Of a stretch of 64,000 nucleotides of DNA, positions 39,970 to 48,980 are shown in pieces (position 1 is the first letter of the stretch; each line of letters opens with the position of its first letter). The position numbers were made by a program, and so were the translations under genes. This DNA is from a virus. The notes below the pieces were generated by a model that saw only the letters and a list, made by a program, of their open reading frames with translations, was not told the origin of the DNA and did no database searches. Location: the IMG/VR virus record IMGVR_UViG_2556921039_000001; one strand, given 5' to 3'.

Positions 39970-40186
39970 AGCGCAGTACCCTCTTTTCCTCAATTAGTTT
40001 AATTCTGCCTAATGCAAACAAGCAGTCTAAAGCACTTAGAAAATCAGCCATGTTTTTTTGGCGTGGCATGGTTCGTTCAAATAATTCTTTTGGGGACATA
40101 TCTTGCTGTGACAATGCTTCTAAAATACCTGGAAAAAGCGCAATAATACTGTTTGAATATGATGTTACTTTATTTGGTAATCTCAT
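39944..40186 (-). CDS. lmuC: Lamassu LmuC-like / ABC-3C middle component
   Basis: MRLPNKVTSYSNS...FLSALDCLFALGRI; small wHTH-like gene between effector and ATPase; GAGGTG RBS. Confidence 0.7.
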   Translation of the reverse strand: MRLPNKVTSYSNSIIALFPGILEALSQQDMSPKELFERTMPRQKNMADFLSALDCLFALGRIKLIEEKRVLRYVKRDTMR

Positions 40187-41408
40187 CGAACACCTCACAC
40201 CTTTGCACGAAGTAGGAGATTATTATCTCACAAGCCTCTCTGTATTTACGACCGGTCTTTTCAAATAATGTCTCAACAAGGAGGTTGTAAATAGCACTTT
40301 GTGAAATCTGTGATTCACTAGCATCTTCATACATCCGTTTAATACTTTTAGCAAATCTATCCACATTTAATTTATTTTCTCCGGCTAACCGATCTAATGT
40401 ATCATTTACTCCTTCATAAAACCGTCTAACATCAAAAAGCACTCTTTCTTTCAGGCGTTTTTCAGTAATTTTATTTTCAACCTTAATAGGTTCCATTTTG
40501 AGTTGTGTATCGGCTGTAACATCCATTAGATCAACTTCTCGAAGTACTTGTTCAATTTGCTTTTCTATTTCATGTCTTGATGTAGCATCTCTTGCCTTAA
40601 CAAGTATTTCTAAGTCATGCTTGTCGGATAATAAAGCCAATTTATCTTCTTCAGATAAATTTCGAATTTCGCGTTCACAGTCAACACATAGAATAATATC
40701 GTCAGTTTCTGAAAGGCGAACGATCTTAGCGTAGTTAATATCGTTGCCTTCTTTTTTTATACCAAGAATTCTACCGCACTTTTGGCATCTGCCGCCCGTT
40801 TCAGCTAGTAGCACCAAAGCTCGAGCATCGATCGCAACTTCATTAGCGGCTTCCATAGAAAAATTATTGTAAGTTGTAATAAATTTAATGCTTTTCTTTT
40901 GAGTTTCAAAGGATTGTATGTACTCATCGGTTATCTCTCTTACACTATTTTCACAATTCCTGTTTTCGACATTAAGTACTGTATAAAGAAATATTCCGGC
41001 AAGAAAGTCTTCCAGAACAAATGAATTACAGCTAACAATATCCTCCTTTGTCATGTTATTTACTTTCTCAACAATTGTTTCAGGTTCGATTGTGTCATCA
41101 GAAGCAATGATGTCCTTCAATGCAAGAACTATTAGGCTATTTTTATTACTATCCAACATGGGGAGGACTTTCTCCTTAAAGAAAACCGAAATATCACGAG
41201 CATCTACATCCGGAGCAGCATCGGTTACAACAGGTGAAAGATTTTTTTTACCTAATATCAAATCTGAAACGGTGCCATCATCGCTGCGAATATCATAAGT
41301 AGGCGCAATAGAAAGCAGCATGGTACCGCACAATTGCTTTTGTGTTACTCTTTTTGCCATGCAAATCTTTAAAATTGTTGCAAAAGTGCCAAAACATAGC
41401 TTCTTCAT
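40170..41408 (-). CDS. lmuA: Lamassu LmuA-like / ABC-3C effector with degenerate HNH-like Zn motif and C-terminal domain
   Basis: CQKC...LCVDC; C-terminal IIISYFVQRCEVF; GGAGG RBS before ATG 41408. Confidence 0.7.
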   Translation of the reverse strand: MKKLCFGTFATILKICMAKRVTQKQLCGTMLLSIAPTYDIRSDDGTVSDLILGKKNLSPVVTDAAPDVDARDISVFFKEKVLPMLDSNKNSLIVLALKDIIASDDTIEPETIVEKVNNMTKEDIVSCNSFVLEDFLAGIFLYTVLNVENRNCENSVREITDEYIQSFETQKKSIKFITTYNNFSMEAANEVAIDARALVLLAETGGRCQKCGRILGIKKEGNDINYAKIVRLSETDDIILCVDCEREIRNLSEEDKLALLSDKHDLEILVKARDATSRHEIEKQIEQVLREVDLMDVTADTQLKMEPIKVENKITEKRLKERVLFDVRRFYEGVNDTLDRLAGENKLNVDRFAKSIKRMYEDASESQISQSAIYNLLVETLFEKTGRKYREACEIIISYFVQRCEVFDEITK

Positions 41409-41424
41409 GTATTGCGCCCTCCTG

Positions 41425-41652
41425 TTATTTTGTTTTATTGGTTGGAATATCGTCGTCAACATAGTCGACAATATCGCCTATGTTGACATCAAGAGCTTTA
41501 CAGATTCTTCCTAACACATCCATGCTTACCGGCAAATCTTTACTCAACTTCGCTATTGTTGTCGATGTTAAATTCGTCATCGCCATCAGATCTTTTTTCA
41601 TCATCTTTTTATCAATTAATAGTTTCCAAAGTTTATTATAACTAAATGCCAT
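41425..41652 (-). CDS. Cro/C1-type HTH (HTH_26) regulator heading the leftward operon
   Basis: SYNKLWKLLIDKKMMKKDL...TTIAKLSKDLPVSMDVLGRICKALDVNIGDI. Confidence 0.85.
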   Translation of the reverse strand: MAFSYNKLWKLLIDKKMMKKDLMAMTNLTSTTIAKLSKDLPVSMDVLGRICKALDVNIGDIVDYVDDDIPTNKTK

Positions 41653-41807
41653 TTTAATCGCCTCCAAGCACTATTGGATGGTATTCCCAACAGGTTATTT
41701 ATTATTATAGCAATTAACTATACAAATTACAATTAGTTATTTATATATACAAACTTCGGCTTTACAAACGCTTATGTTAGTTTTGTTCCAAAAATAAATG
41801 GAGATTT

Positions 41808-41847
41808 GCGGAGTTTCAGCGGAGTAACAGCGGAGTCATAGCCGAGG
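41808..41847 (+). repeat. Direct repeats at 11-bp period (candidate regulator sites)
   Basis: GCGGAGT at 41808, 41819, 41830; GCCGAGG at 41841. Confidence 0.7.
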
Positions 41848-41924
41848 ACTTCAGGTGCTCGAATTAATAAAATTTAGATAGACGGCGGAACAAAGCTGTA
41901 ATTTAAGAAAAAGGAGGGTAACTC

Positions 41925-42134
41925 ATGAAAGATATTCGCGATTTCAATGGTCGCTTAGTCTGTAAAGCTGACGCAGCCACAGGTCTTGTAGAAGTTGCAT
42001 ATAAACGATGTAAAACCAGTACACAGATACCTATCGGAGGAAGATTGAAGATTGAACGTGATGGGGTTGTCACAATAATCAAACGAATAAATGATGCTGC
42101 TTTTCATGTAGAAAGCTATGTCTGCGCAGCATAA
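41925..42134 (+). CDS. Small phage hypothetical protein
   Basis: AAGGAGGG RBS; first rightward gene. Confidence 0.7.
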   Translation: MKDIRDFNGRLVCKADAATGLVEVAYKRCKTSTQIPIGGRLKIERDGVVTIIKRINDAAFHVESYVCAA

Positions 42135-42171
42135 GACGTTAATCAACTAAATAGAAAATCCGCGGAGCTGC

Positions 42172-42225
42172 ATGACGGCCAGGATTAATTCTCATACCAG
42201 AGAATTATCCCGGCCGTCATTTTTT
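42172..42225 (+). terminator. Long hairpin terminator/attenuator before the sigma70-r4-like gene
   Basis: ATGACGGCC/GGCCGTCAT outer stem plus inner GGATTAATTCTC/GAGAATTATCC, then a T-run. Confidence 0.7.
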
Positions 42226-42286
42226 GTTCTACGGATTTTCGGCTCCTGCGGATTTCAAAAATCTGAAATTCAAGGAGCTGAGAAAA

Positions 42287-42676
42287 ATGAAAATCAAATA
42301 TCACTTCAACACTGAAACCATTGAAATTGAAGTATCTGAAGAGTGGGGAGAAATTCTGGTCGAACTTGACCGTCAGGAATACAACATTAACCATAAAGAG
42401 ACTCGCCGACATACATCACTTGATGCAATGAAATATGAGGGAGAGATTTTCGCAAGCAATACCGACATTGCCGCAGAGTACATAAGAACTCAAGAAAATG
42501 AGACATTGCTAAAAGCCATCGATAGTCTTCTCCCACAGCAAAAAGAACTGGTACGAAGGGTGTACTTCAATAATGAATCCCTTGCTTCAATAGCACGAGA
42601 AGAAGGGGTCAGTAAGATGGCTATTACAAACCGCATGAAAAAGATCCATGAAAAACTAAAAAAAATTTTGAGTTAG
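42287..42676 (+). CDS. Sigma70 region-4-like (Orf7-like) regulator
   Basis: ETRRHTSLD, LLPQQKELVRRVYFNNESLASIAREEGVSKMAITNRM. Confidence 0.8.
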   Translation: MKIKYHFNTETIEIEVSEEWGEILVELDRQEYNINHKETRRHTSLDAMKYEGEIFASNTDIAAEYIRTQENETLLKAIDSLLPQQKELVRRVYFNNESLASIAREEGVSKMAITNRMKKIHEKLKKILS

Positions 42677-42757
42677 GGGATTTACTTTTACTGTTTTCGT
42701 GGCCTAACAGTGAGGGCCAAAACATCAGTCCTAAGAAAGATGAGGTGAAAAGAGCAT

Positions 42758-42961
42758 ATGAAACACAAACTCAAAATCAATATCTCGGATAATGACAGAG
42801 ATTTAGGTATTGTGAAATGTCGCAATGTCACTCTACGAGAAAGGTTTTTGCAATATCTGCTGGGGAGAAAACAGAGAGTAACGATTATTGTTCCTGGTAA
42901 CAGTGTAAAGTCTGTCGATATCCGCGAAGTTTCGGAGGTAGATGATCTTGATGCATTCTAA
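42758..42961 (+). CDS. Small phage hypothetical protein
   Basis: GAGGTG RBS; VTLRERFLQYLLG...VTIIVPG. Confidence 0.7.
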   Translation: MKHKLKINISDNDRDLGIVKCRNVTLRERFLQYLLGRKQRVTIIVPGNSVKSVDIREVSEVDDLDAF

Positions 42962-44443
42962 ACGCGAAGAAATTATTCCAATGCCCATAAAGGGCAGACC
43001 ATATAAGCATCAGATTCGTGCTTTCAATTTCATCTGCAGTCTATTTGGGCTTTTGAAGGGTGGTGGTGTTTCTGCCATTTCCGGATGGGGTGCAGCGCTC
43101 CTGATGGAAATGGGCTGAAAAGCACCGGGAAAACTCTTGTCTCAATCGCCATTATAGGAGCATTGCTTGCTGCAGGAAGAATAAAACGTGTGCTGATTGT
43201 TGCGCCACTTTCCATTCTGGGAGTGTGGGAAGACGAATTTAAACGGTTCGCAGATTTTCCATATCAGCTTGTAGTCCTTAATGGCACGATTCAGAAGAAA
43301 ATCCAACAGCTAAGATTTTTAACTGGCGAAGGTATCCATGTGGTGGTAGTCAACTATGAATCAGCGTGGCGAATGGAAAAGGAACTGGCAAACTGGCATC
43401 CTGACCTTATCATTGCCGATGAAGGACACAAAATTAAAACTCATAATACAGCGGTTTCAAAAGCAATGCACCGGTTGGGCTTGCTTGCCCGGTGTCGGCT
43501 CTTGCTGACAGGAACGGTTATAACCAACAAAGCCATAGATGTATTCAGCCAGTACAAGTTTCTTGATCCTCGTATCTTTGGAAATAGCTTCTATGCATTC
43601 CGAAACCGGTATTTCAACATGGTTGGCTATGGCAACCATACGCCAGTGCTGAAAAAATCAATGGAACAGGATTTGATGAAAAGGATCCACAGCATCGCCT
43701 TCCGGGCGACCAAAGCGGAGTGCCTGGATTTGCCGGAAACCACCGATATTATTCGCCATATTGAGCTTGAGCCTGTCACTTTAAAGAAATATAAAGAGCT
43801 TGTCAAACAAAGCTATACTGAGCTGTCAGCAGGAGAAGTAACAGCTACAAACATACTGACACGCTTGCTTCGTCTTTCGCAATTAACCGGCGGCTTCATC
43901 GGAAGCGATGACGGTGGGAAAATCGAGCAAGTCAGTGATGCCAAGTTGAAAGCTCTTGAAGATATCCTTGAAAGCAGTATTCAAGAAGGACATAAGCTGG
44001 TTGTCATAGCAAGGTTTATCCCTGAAATTCATGCTATATGCAGGTTGCTGGAGAAAAAGAACATCGGCTATGCGTGTATTTATGGTGCGACTAAGGATCG
44101 CCAAGAGCAAGTAAACCGGTTTCAATGTGATCCCGACTGCATGGTGTTTGTAGGCCAGATTGCAACCGCTGGACTCGGTATTACGCTGACTGCTGCAAGC
44201 ACAATGGTATTTTACTCCCTTGATTATTCCATGTCGAATTTCGAGCAGACAAAGGCCCGCATCCATAGAGTTGGACAGAAGAATGGCTGCACATATATCT
44301 ACCTTATTGCCAAGGGTACTGTGGATTCAAAAATCCTGACTGCCCTACGCAATAAGGCAGATCTTGCAAAAATGCTTATAGACGACTACCGCAAAGGAGC
44401 AAATCCTTTTGCCCCAGAGGGAGGTGAAAGCTATGAGCGATAA
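42951..44443 (+). pseudogene. SNF2-family helicase disrupted by an 8-bp insertion in Walker A
   Basis: ATG 42951...PYKHQ...LLMEMG, then TGAAAAGC (43116-23), then TGKT; removal gives a 494-aa frame; DEGH, LLLTGT, ARIHRVGQ downstream. Confidence 0.85.
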
Positions 44444-44849
44444 TGCGATGTTTGAACTTGCTGACCGTCTTAAGGAGCTTCGCGATGCAAAAAAGGCCGC
44501 GGAAGAGGAACTAAAAAGCATTAATGCAGAGATTGACGATGTTGAATACCGCCTGTCTGAGCTGATGATCAGCAGTGAGACGCAAAACTTCACAAGAGCA
44601 GGAACAATGTTCTGCCTTTCAACGACAACAAGAGCCAGTGCTGCCGCAGGCATGAAGGAAGAACTGTTTGACGCTCTGCGCAGTAAAGGCTTTGGAGAAC
44701 TCATCTATGAAACAGTCAATGCAAATTCCCTGTCAGCATTTGTTAAAGAACAGATTGCGGAGAATGGGGACGAGCTTCCGGACTGGCTGAAAGGCCTTGT
44801 GAATGTCTTCGAAAAGACAACAGTAACTGTGCGGAAAGCAGCAAGATAA
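44433..44849 (+). CDS. Phage replication-module hypothetical protein
   Basis: GGAGGTG RBS; N-terminal coiled coil; sits between helicase and SSB-like gene. Confidence 0.75.
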   Translation: MSDNAMFELADRLKELRDAKKAAEEELKSINAEIDDVEYRLSELMISSETQNFTRAGTMFCLSTTTRASAAAGMKEELFDALRSKGFGELIYETVNANSLSAFVKEQIAENGDELPDWLKGLVNVFEKTTVTVRKAAR

Positions 44850-44981
44850 ATAGCTTCAGAAAGCAATGCTCCAATATCAATGTTCAAGGAATAACTGTTC
44901 GAAGAACAATGCTTCAAAGAACAATGATATAGATTACATTTCAAATTCATATCAAATTCATATTTACGGAGGTATAAAAGC

Positions 44982-45734
44982 ATGAAAAACAATGAACTCG
45001 TAACTATTAGCGAAAATACAGGTTTTCTTCAGCTCGCTGATTTCAATCTTGACGAGGCAATGGCATCAGAACTTGACGGTCTTGACATGACTTTTGAACG
45101 CATAAAAATCCCGTCCGCAGGCAGCACAGTATTTGAAGTGCCTGGTGAGAATCCCGGAGAACCTGATACTGTCAAGGAATTCTCAGCGGTAATTCTTTAT
45201 CATCATCCACTTTATGCATACTACAAGGACAAGTATACCGGAGGCAGTAACCCACCGGATTGCGGAAGCTTTGATGGTATAACCGGCGAAGGAGACCCCG
45301 GAGGAAGCTGTTCTAAATGCCCATATAATCAGTTCGGTTCGGGGGAAAACGGCAGCAAAGCTTGCAAGAACCGCCGCAGGATATATGTACTGCGTGAAGG
45401 GGAGATTTTTCCGTTGATACTCTCATTGCCAACAGGATCGTTGAAAGAGTTTTCCCGCTACATCAAAAGGCTGCTTTCTAAAGGTAAAAAATCGAACAGC
45501 GTAGTTACCCGCTTTTCATTGAAAAAGGCGACTAACTCAAGCGGTATCACCTATTCCCAAGCTCAGTTTGCTGTAGATCGGGATCTGACCGCTGACGAAT
45601 ATGCGTTGATATCCAAGCTTTCCGAGCAGGTCAAAGCATTCAGTACCCGAGTCGGCCATGACACTGAACCTGCCGGTGAAGAGGTAATAAATGTAGACCC
45701 TGAATCAGGTGAAATTACTGAGCCGCTTAAGTGA
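44982..45734 (+). CDS. Putative phage ssDNA-binding protein
   Basis: Position before the polymerase, Cys cluster (C...CSKC...CKN), acidic tail; function inferred. Confidence 0.55.
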   Translation: MKNNELVTISENTGFLQLADFNLDEAMASELDGLDMTFERIKIPSAGSTVFEVPGENPGEPDTVKEFSAVILYHHPLYAYYKDKYTGGSNPPDCGSFDGITGEGDPGGSCSKCPYNQFGSGENGSKACKNRRRIYVLREGEIFPLILSLPTGSLKEFSRYIKRLLSKGKKSNSVVTRFSLKKATNSSGITYSQAQFAVDRDLTADEYALISKLSEQVKAFSTRVGHDTEPAGEEVINVDPESGEITEPLK

Positions 45735-45790
45735 TCAAAGGCCCTATCGGAGGAACTTTCTATCTCCGATAGGGCGGAAAGGAGAACCGC

Positions 45791-47713
45791 ATGGGATACA
45801 AATGTGTTTATATGCTATCTGAAATACAAGAGTATCTGAAAAACACTGTCCTATTTGCTTTCGATTTTGAAACCTCGCCTTGCGATAAATGGAGGAACGA
45901 TAAAAGTGCAGCTCTGGATGCTCATAAAGCAGATATTACAGGAATCAGTTTTTCAGTATCAGAAGGGACTGCTATATATGTCCCACTTAAACATCGTAGC
46001 GGGCGAAATGCAGAGAATCAGGCGGCAATATGGGATTATCTGAAATTACTATTCGAATCAAAAGATGTAATAAAAGTTGCTCATAATCTGGCTTTTGAGT
46101 CTATGTTCCTTTACGCAAGATGTATCGTCCTTCAAAAGCCTTGCTATGACACGATTGCAGCATCACAACTTACATTAAAAAGCAAGTGGGAGTTCAGAAG
46201 TCTTGCTGACAGCGGACTTAAAACGCTTGCACCTGCACTCTGCAAAGCAGAAATGACAGAATTCTCAACGGTTACTGAAGGTCGGTTTTTCGATGAATTG
46301 AACCCTCAGGATGAGAAGACTGTCCGCTACGCTTGTGCTGACAGCGACTACACTCTTCGCTTGTATCATGTTTTCAATCAGTGGTTTGATAGATTTTTAC
46401 CCAAACACAGAACTATTGTGGAAGAGGTAGAATCGCCTACATCAGTATATGTCGGGATAATGAAGTATAACGGCATATTGGTGGATAAGTCAGCCATGCT
46501 GAAGAAACAAGCGGAAGCCGCAGAAAAGATTGTCAGTATCAGAAAAGAGATTGCCGGAATTATCGGCAATGTAGAGATTGGGGCAAATGCTTCAACTTCA
46601 GCATTTAAAAAATATCTTTTTGTGGATCTCGGTCTTCCGGTAATGAAAACGACCGCAAAACATCAGGAAGCTGCCGATGATGAAACCATGATCCTATTAA
46701 AAGGATGGTGTGAATCCAACAGGCCTGAACTTGCTCGCTTATTTGAACTGGTGCAGGAATACCGCAAGTGGGGAAAACTCAAATCCACCTATATAGACGG
46801 GTATCTTCGATTTATCGATGAAAATACCGGCAGGATTCATCCGGATCTTATGCCACTGGGTACAGAGACAGGGCGGTTTGCTTCAAGAAATCCGAATATG
46901 CAGAATTGTCCGCAGAAAGACAATGACCCAATAGGCGTACGAAAATTTATCATTGCACCGGAAGGAAAGGTTCTTTTATCCCTTGACTTTTCACAGATAG
47001 AACTGCGCGTCGGAGCGTTTTATTGCAGGGACAAACGTATGCTGGAAACCTATCGTACTGGCGGTGATATCCATGCTCAGACCACTTCTGTTATTTACCG
47101 CATTCCTTTTGAAGAGGCAGCAGACAAAAATGCTCCGCATTATAAAGAGCGCAGGACCATTGCAAAGAACTGCAATTTCGGTGTGTTCTATGGCCTGTTT
47201 CCTACTGGCTTACAGAGAACACTTAAATTTAAAGCTGGGCTGAACCCAACTTTGTCCGAATGTGAGACCATCATTCAAAACTTGAAATCCGGATACCCCG
47301 GTCTTGCCAAATGGCAGGATGAGGTAAAAAAGCGGGCTGCTGTAAGCTGCTATTCAGAAACATGGCTGGGCAGGCGAAGATACTTGCTGGGAATTCGGTC
47401 ATCAGATTGGGGCAAGAAGTCGTTTGCCGAGCGGTGCGCATTAAATACACCTATTCAAGGTACAGCGGCAGATATTCTAAAGCTTGCCTGTGGGCGCATC
47501 ATCAGTGGACTTCCCGAAAGGCTTTGGCTGAAACCTATGCTGCAGATACATGACGAGCTGGTTTTTGAATTACCGGAAGACAAGGTGGACGAAGCAGTTG
47601 TTTTTATAAAAGAGTGTATGGAAACACAACCCTTCCCTGAATTTGATGTACCTATTGTGGCAGAGGCTTCGGTAGGAAGAAATTTTGGAGAAATGAAAGA
47701 AATGGAGGATTGA
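45791..47713 (+). CDS. Phage family A DNA polymerase (3'-5' exonuclease plus polymerase)
   Basis: FDFET, AHNLAFE, YACAD, LDFSQIELR, AKNCNFGVFYG, QIHDEL; no 5'-3' exonuclease domain. Confidence 0.93.
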   Translation: MGYKCVYMLSEIQEYLKNTVLFAFDFETSPCDKWRNDKSAALDAHKADITGISFSVSEGTAIYVPLKHRSGRNAENQAAIWDYLKLLFESKDVIKVAHNLAFESMFLYARCIVLQKPCYDTIAASQLTLKSKWEFRSLADSGLKTLAPALCKAEMTEFSTVTEGRFFDELNPQDEKTVRYACADSDYTLRLYHVFNQWFDRFLPKHRTIVEEVESPTSVYVGIMKYNGILVDKSAMLKKQAEAAEKIVSIRKEIAGIIGNVEIGANASTSAFKKYLFVDLGLPVMKTTAKHQEAADDETMILLKGWCESNRPELARLFELVQEYRKWGKLKSTYIDGYLRFIDENTGRIHPDLMPLGTETGRFASRNPNMQNCPQKDNDPIGVRKFIIAPEGKVLLSLDFSQIELRVGAFYCRDKRMLETYRTGGDIHAQTTSVIYRIPFEEAADKNAPHYKERRTIAKNCNFGVFYGLFPTGLQRTLKFKAGLNPTLSECETIIQNLKSGYPGLAKWQDEVKKRAAVSCYSETWLGRRRYLLGIRSSDWGKKSFAERCALNTPIQGTAADILKLACGRIISGLPERLWLKPMLQIHDELVFELPEDKVDEAVVFIKECMETQPFPEFDVPIVAEASVGRNFGEMKEMED

Positions 47714-47717
47714 TATT

Positions 47718-48539
47718 ATGACTAATTTACAGGTTTTTAAGAATACAGAATTTGGAGAACTTAAAGTACTCGTTATTGATGGAAAGGAATACTTTCCTGC
47801 AACGGATTGTGCAAGGATGCTAGGATATAGTAACCCTCGTGATGCGATACAACGCCATTGCAAACCAGACGGGGTCGTGAAACACGACGGGGTCACCTTA
47901 ACTACAAATCAATATGGTGTCTCGACTGAACAGCATGTTGAACGGACTTATATTACAGAGGGAAATCTATATCGTCTCATTATACGTAGCAAACTTCCTG
48001 CTGCTGAACGCTTTGAAAGATGGGTCTTTGATGAAGTGCTGCCCACGATCAGAAAATATGGAGTTTATGCTACAGATAAAGTTATCGAAGAGATGATTTC
48101 TAATCCGGAGTATGGCATCAGGATTTTCTCTGAACTAAAGGCAGAACGCGACAGGCGGAAAGCTTTAGAAATAGAAAATGCAAAGAATAAACAGATTATC
48201 AGTGAGCTAAAGCCCAAGGCGAGCTATTATGATCTCATATTGCAAAATAAAAGCCTTGTGCCGATCAGCAAGATTGCCAAGGATTACGGAATGTCTGGCC
48301 GCGCTTTCAATAAGCTGCTTCATGAGCTTGGAGTACAGTACAAAATGGGAAACTGCTGGCTTTTATATCAGGAGTACGCCGATCAAGGATACACGCAGTC
48401 CAAGACCCACGCTATTGATGCAGAAAGAAGCGTAATGCACACATATTGGACACAAAAAGGAAGGCTATTTATCTATGACCTTCTTAAAAACAAGAAAGGT
48501 ATATTGCCTGTAATCGAACGTGAACAAAAAAGCGCATAG
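47718..48539 (+). CDS. BRO-N/KilAC (ANT) antirepressor
   Basis: FKNTEFGEL...LGYSNPRDAI...WVFDEVLPTIRKYG; C-terminal TYWTQKGRLF. Confidence 0.9.
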   Translation: MTNLQVFKNTEFGELKVLVIDGKEYFPATDCARMLGYSNPRDAIQRHCKPDGVVKHDGVTLTTNQYGVSTEQHVERTYITEGNLYRLIIRSKLPAAERFERWVFDEVLPTIRKYGVYATDKVIEEMISNPEYGIRIFSELKAERDRRKALEIENAKNKQIISELKPKASYYDLILQNKSLVPISKIAKDYGMSGRAFNKLLHELGVQYKMGNCWLLYQEYADQGYTQSKTHAIDAERSVMHTYWTQKGRLFIYDLLKNKKGILPVIEREQKSA

Positions 48540-48554
48540 GCAGGGGGTAATACC

Positions 48555-48980
48555 ATGAGTATCAGCAAGTTTAACGCGGAAGGATATTACGACCCCACAC
48601 CCTATGAAGCACTGCTTAGGATTGAGCGAGAGGCCAGGAAAGCGCCTTACAGACCGATGGTATTTATCTGCAGCCCATATGCTGGTGATATAGAACGTAA
48701 TATCCGTAAGGCTCAGGGGTACTGCCGCTTTGCAGTGAGCAGGAATTGCATACCTATTGCTCCGCACCTCTTGTTTCCGCAGTTTATGGACGACGATGAT
48801 GAACAAATGCGAAATCTGGGCTTGTACTTTGGCATGGTATTGATGTCAAAGTGCTCAGAAGTGTGGGTATTTGGCAGAAAAATTACTAAAGGGATGTCCA
48901 TTGAGATTGAAAAGGCAAAGCAGCGCAGCATTCCGATTCGGTATTTTAATGAACGATGCGAGGAGGTGCGGTGTAAATGA
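48555..48980 (+). CDS. DUF4406-like (NDT-fold) phage protein
   Basis: VFICSPYAGD...PIAPHLLFPQF...CSEVWVFG...GMSIEI. Confidence 0.75.
   Translation: MSISKFNAEGYYDPTPYEALLRIEREARKAPYRPMVFICSPYAGDIERNIRKAQGYCRFAVSRNCIPIAPHLLFPQFMDDDDEQMRNLGLYFGMVLMSKCSEVWVFGRKITKGMSIEIEKAKQRSIPIRYFNERCEEVRCK

Noticed and set aside
43085-44443. 452-aa ORF as an intact helicase
   Set aside because: Its first 13 residues are out-of-frame sequence; the Q motif and half of Walker A lie in another frame ending at TGA 43116
44850-44981. Short repeats (AAGAACAATG x2, TCAAATTCATA x2) between phage genes
   Set aside because: Only two copies of each in an AT-rich spacer; no spacer-repeat periodicity, likely slippage
45741-45775. 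12-bp perfect hairpin between the SSB-like gene and the polymerase as a terminator
   Set aside because: No T-run on the coding strand; more likely an mRNA stability or processing stem
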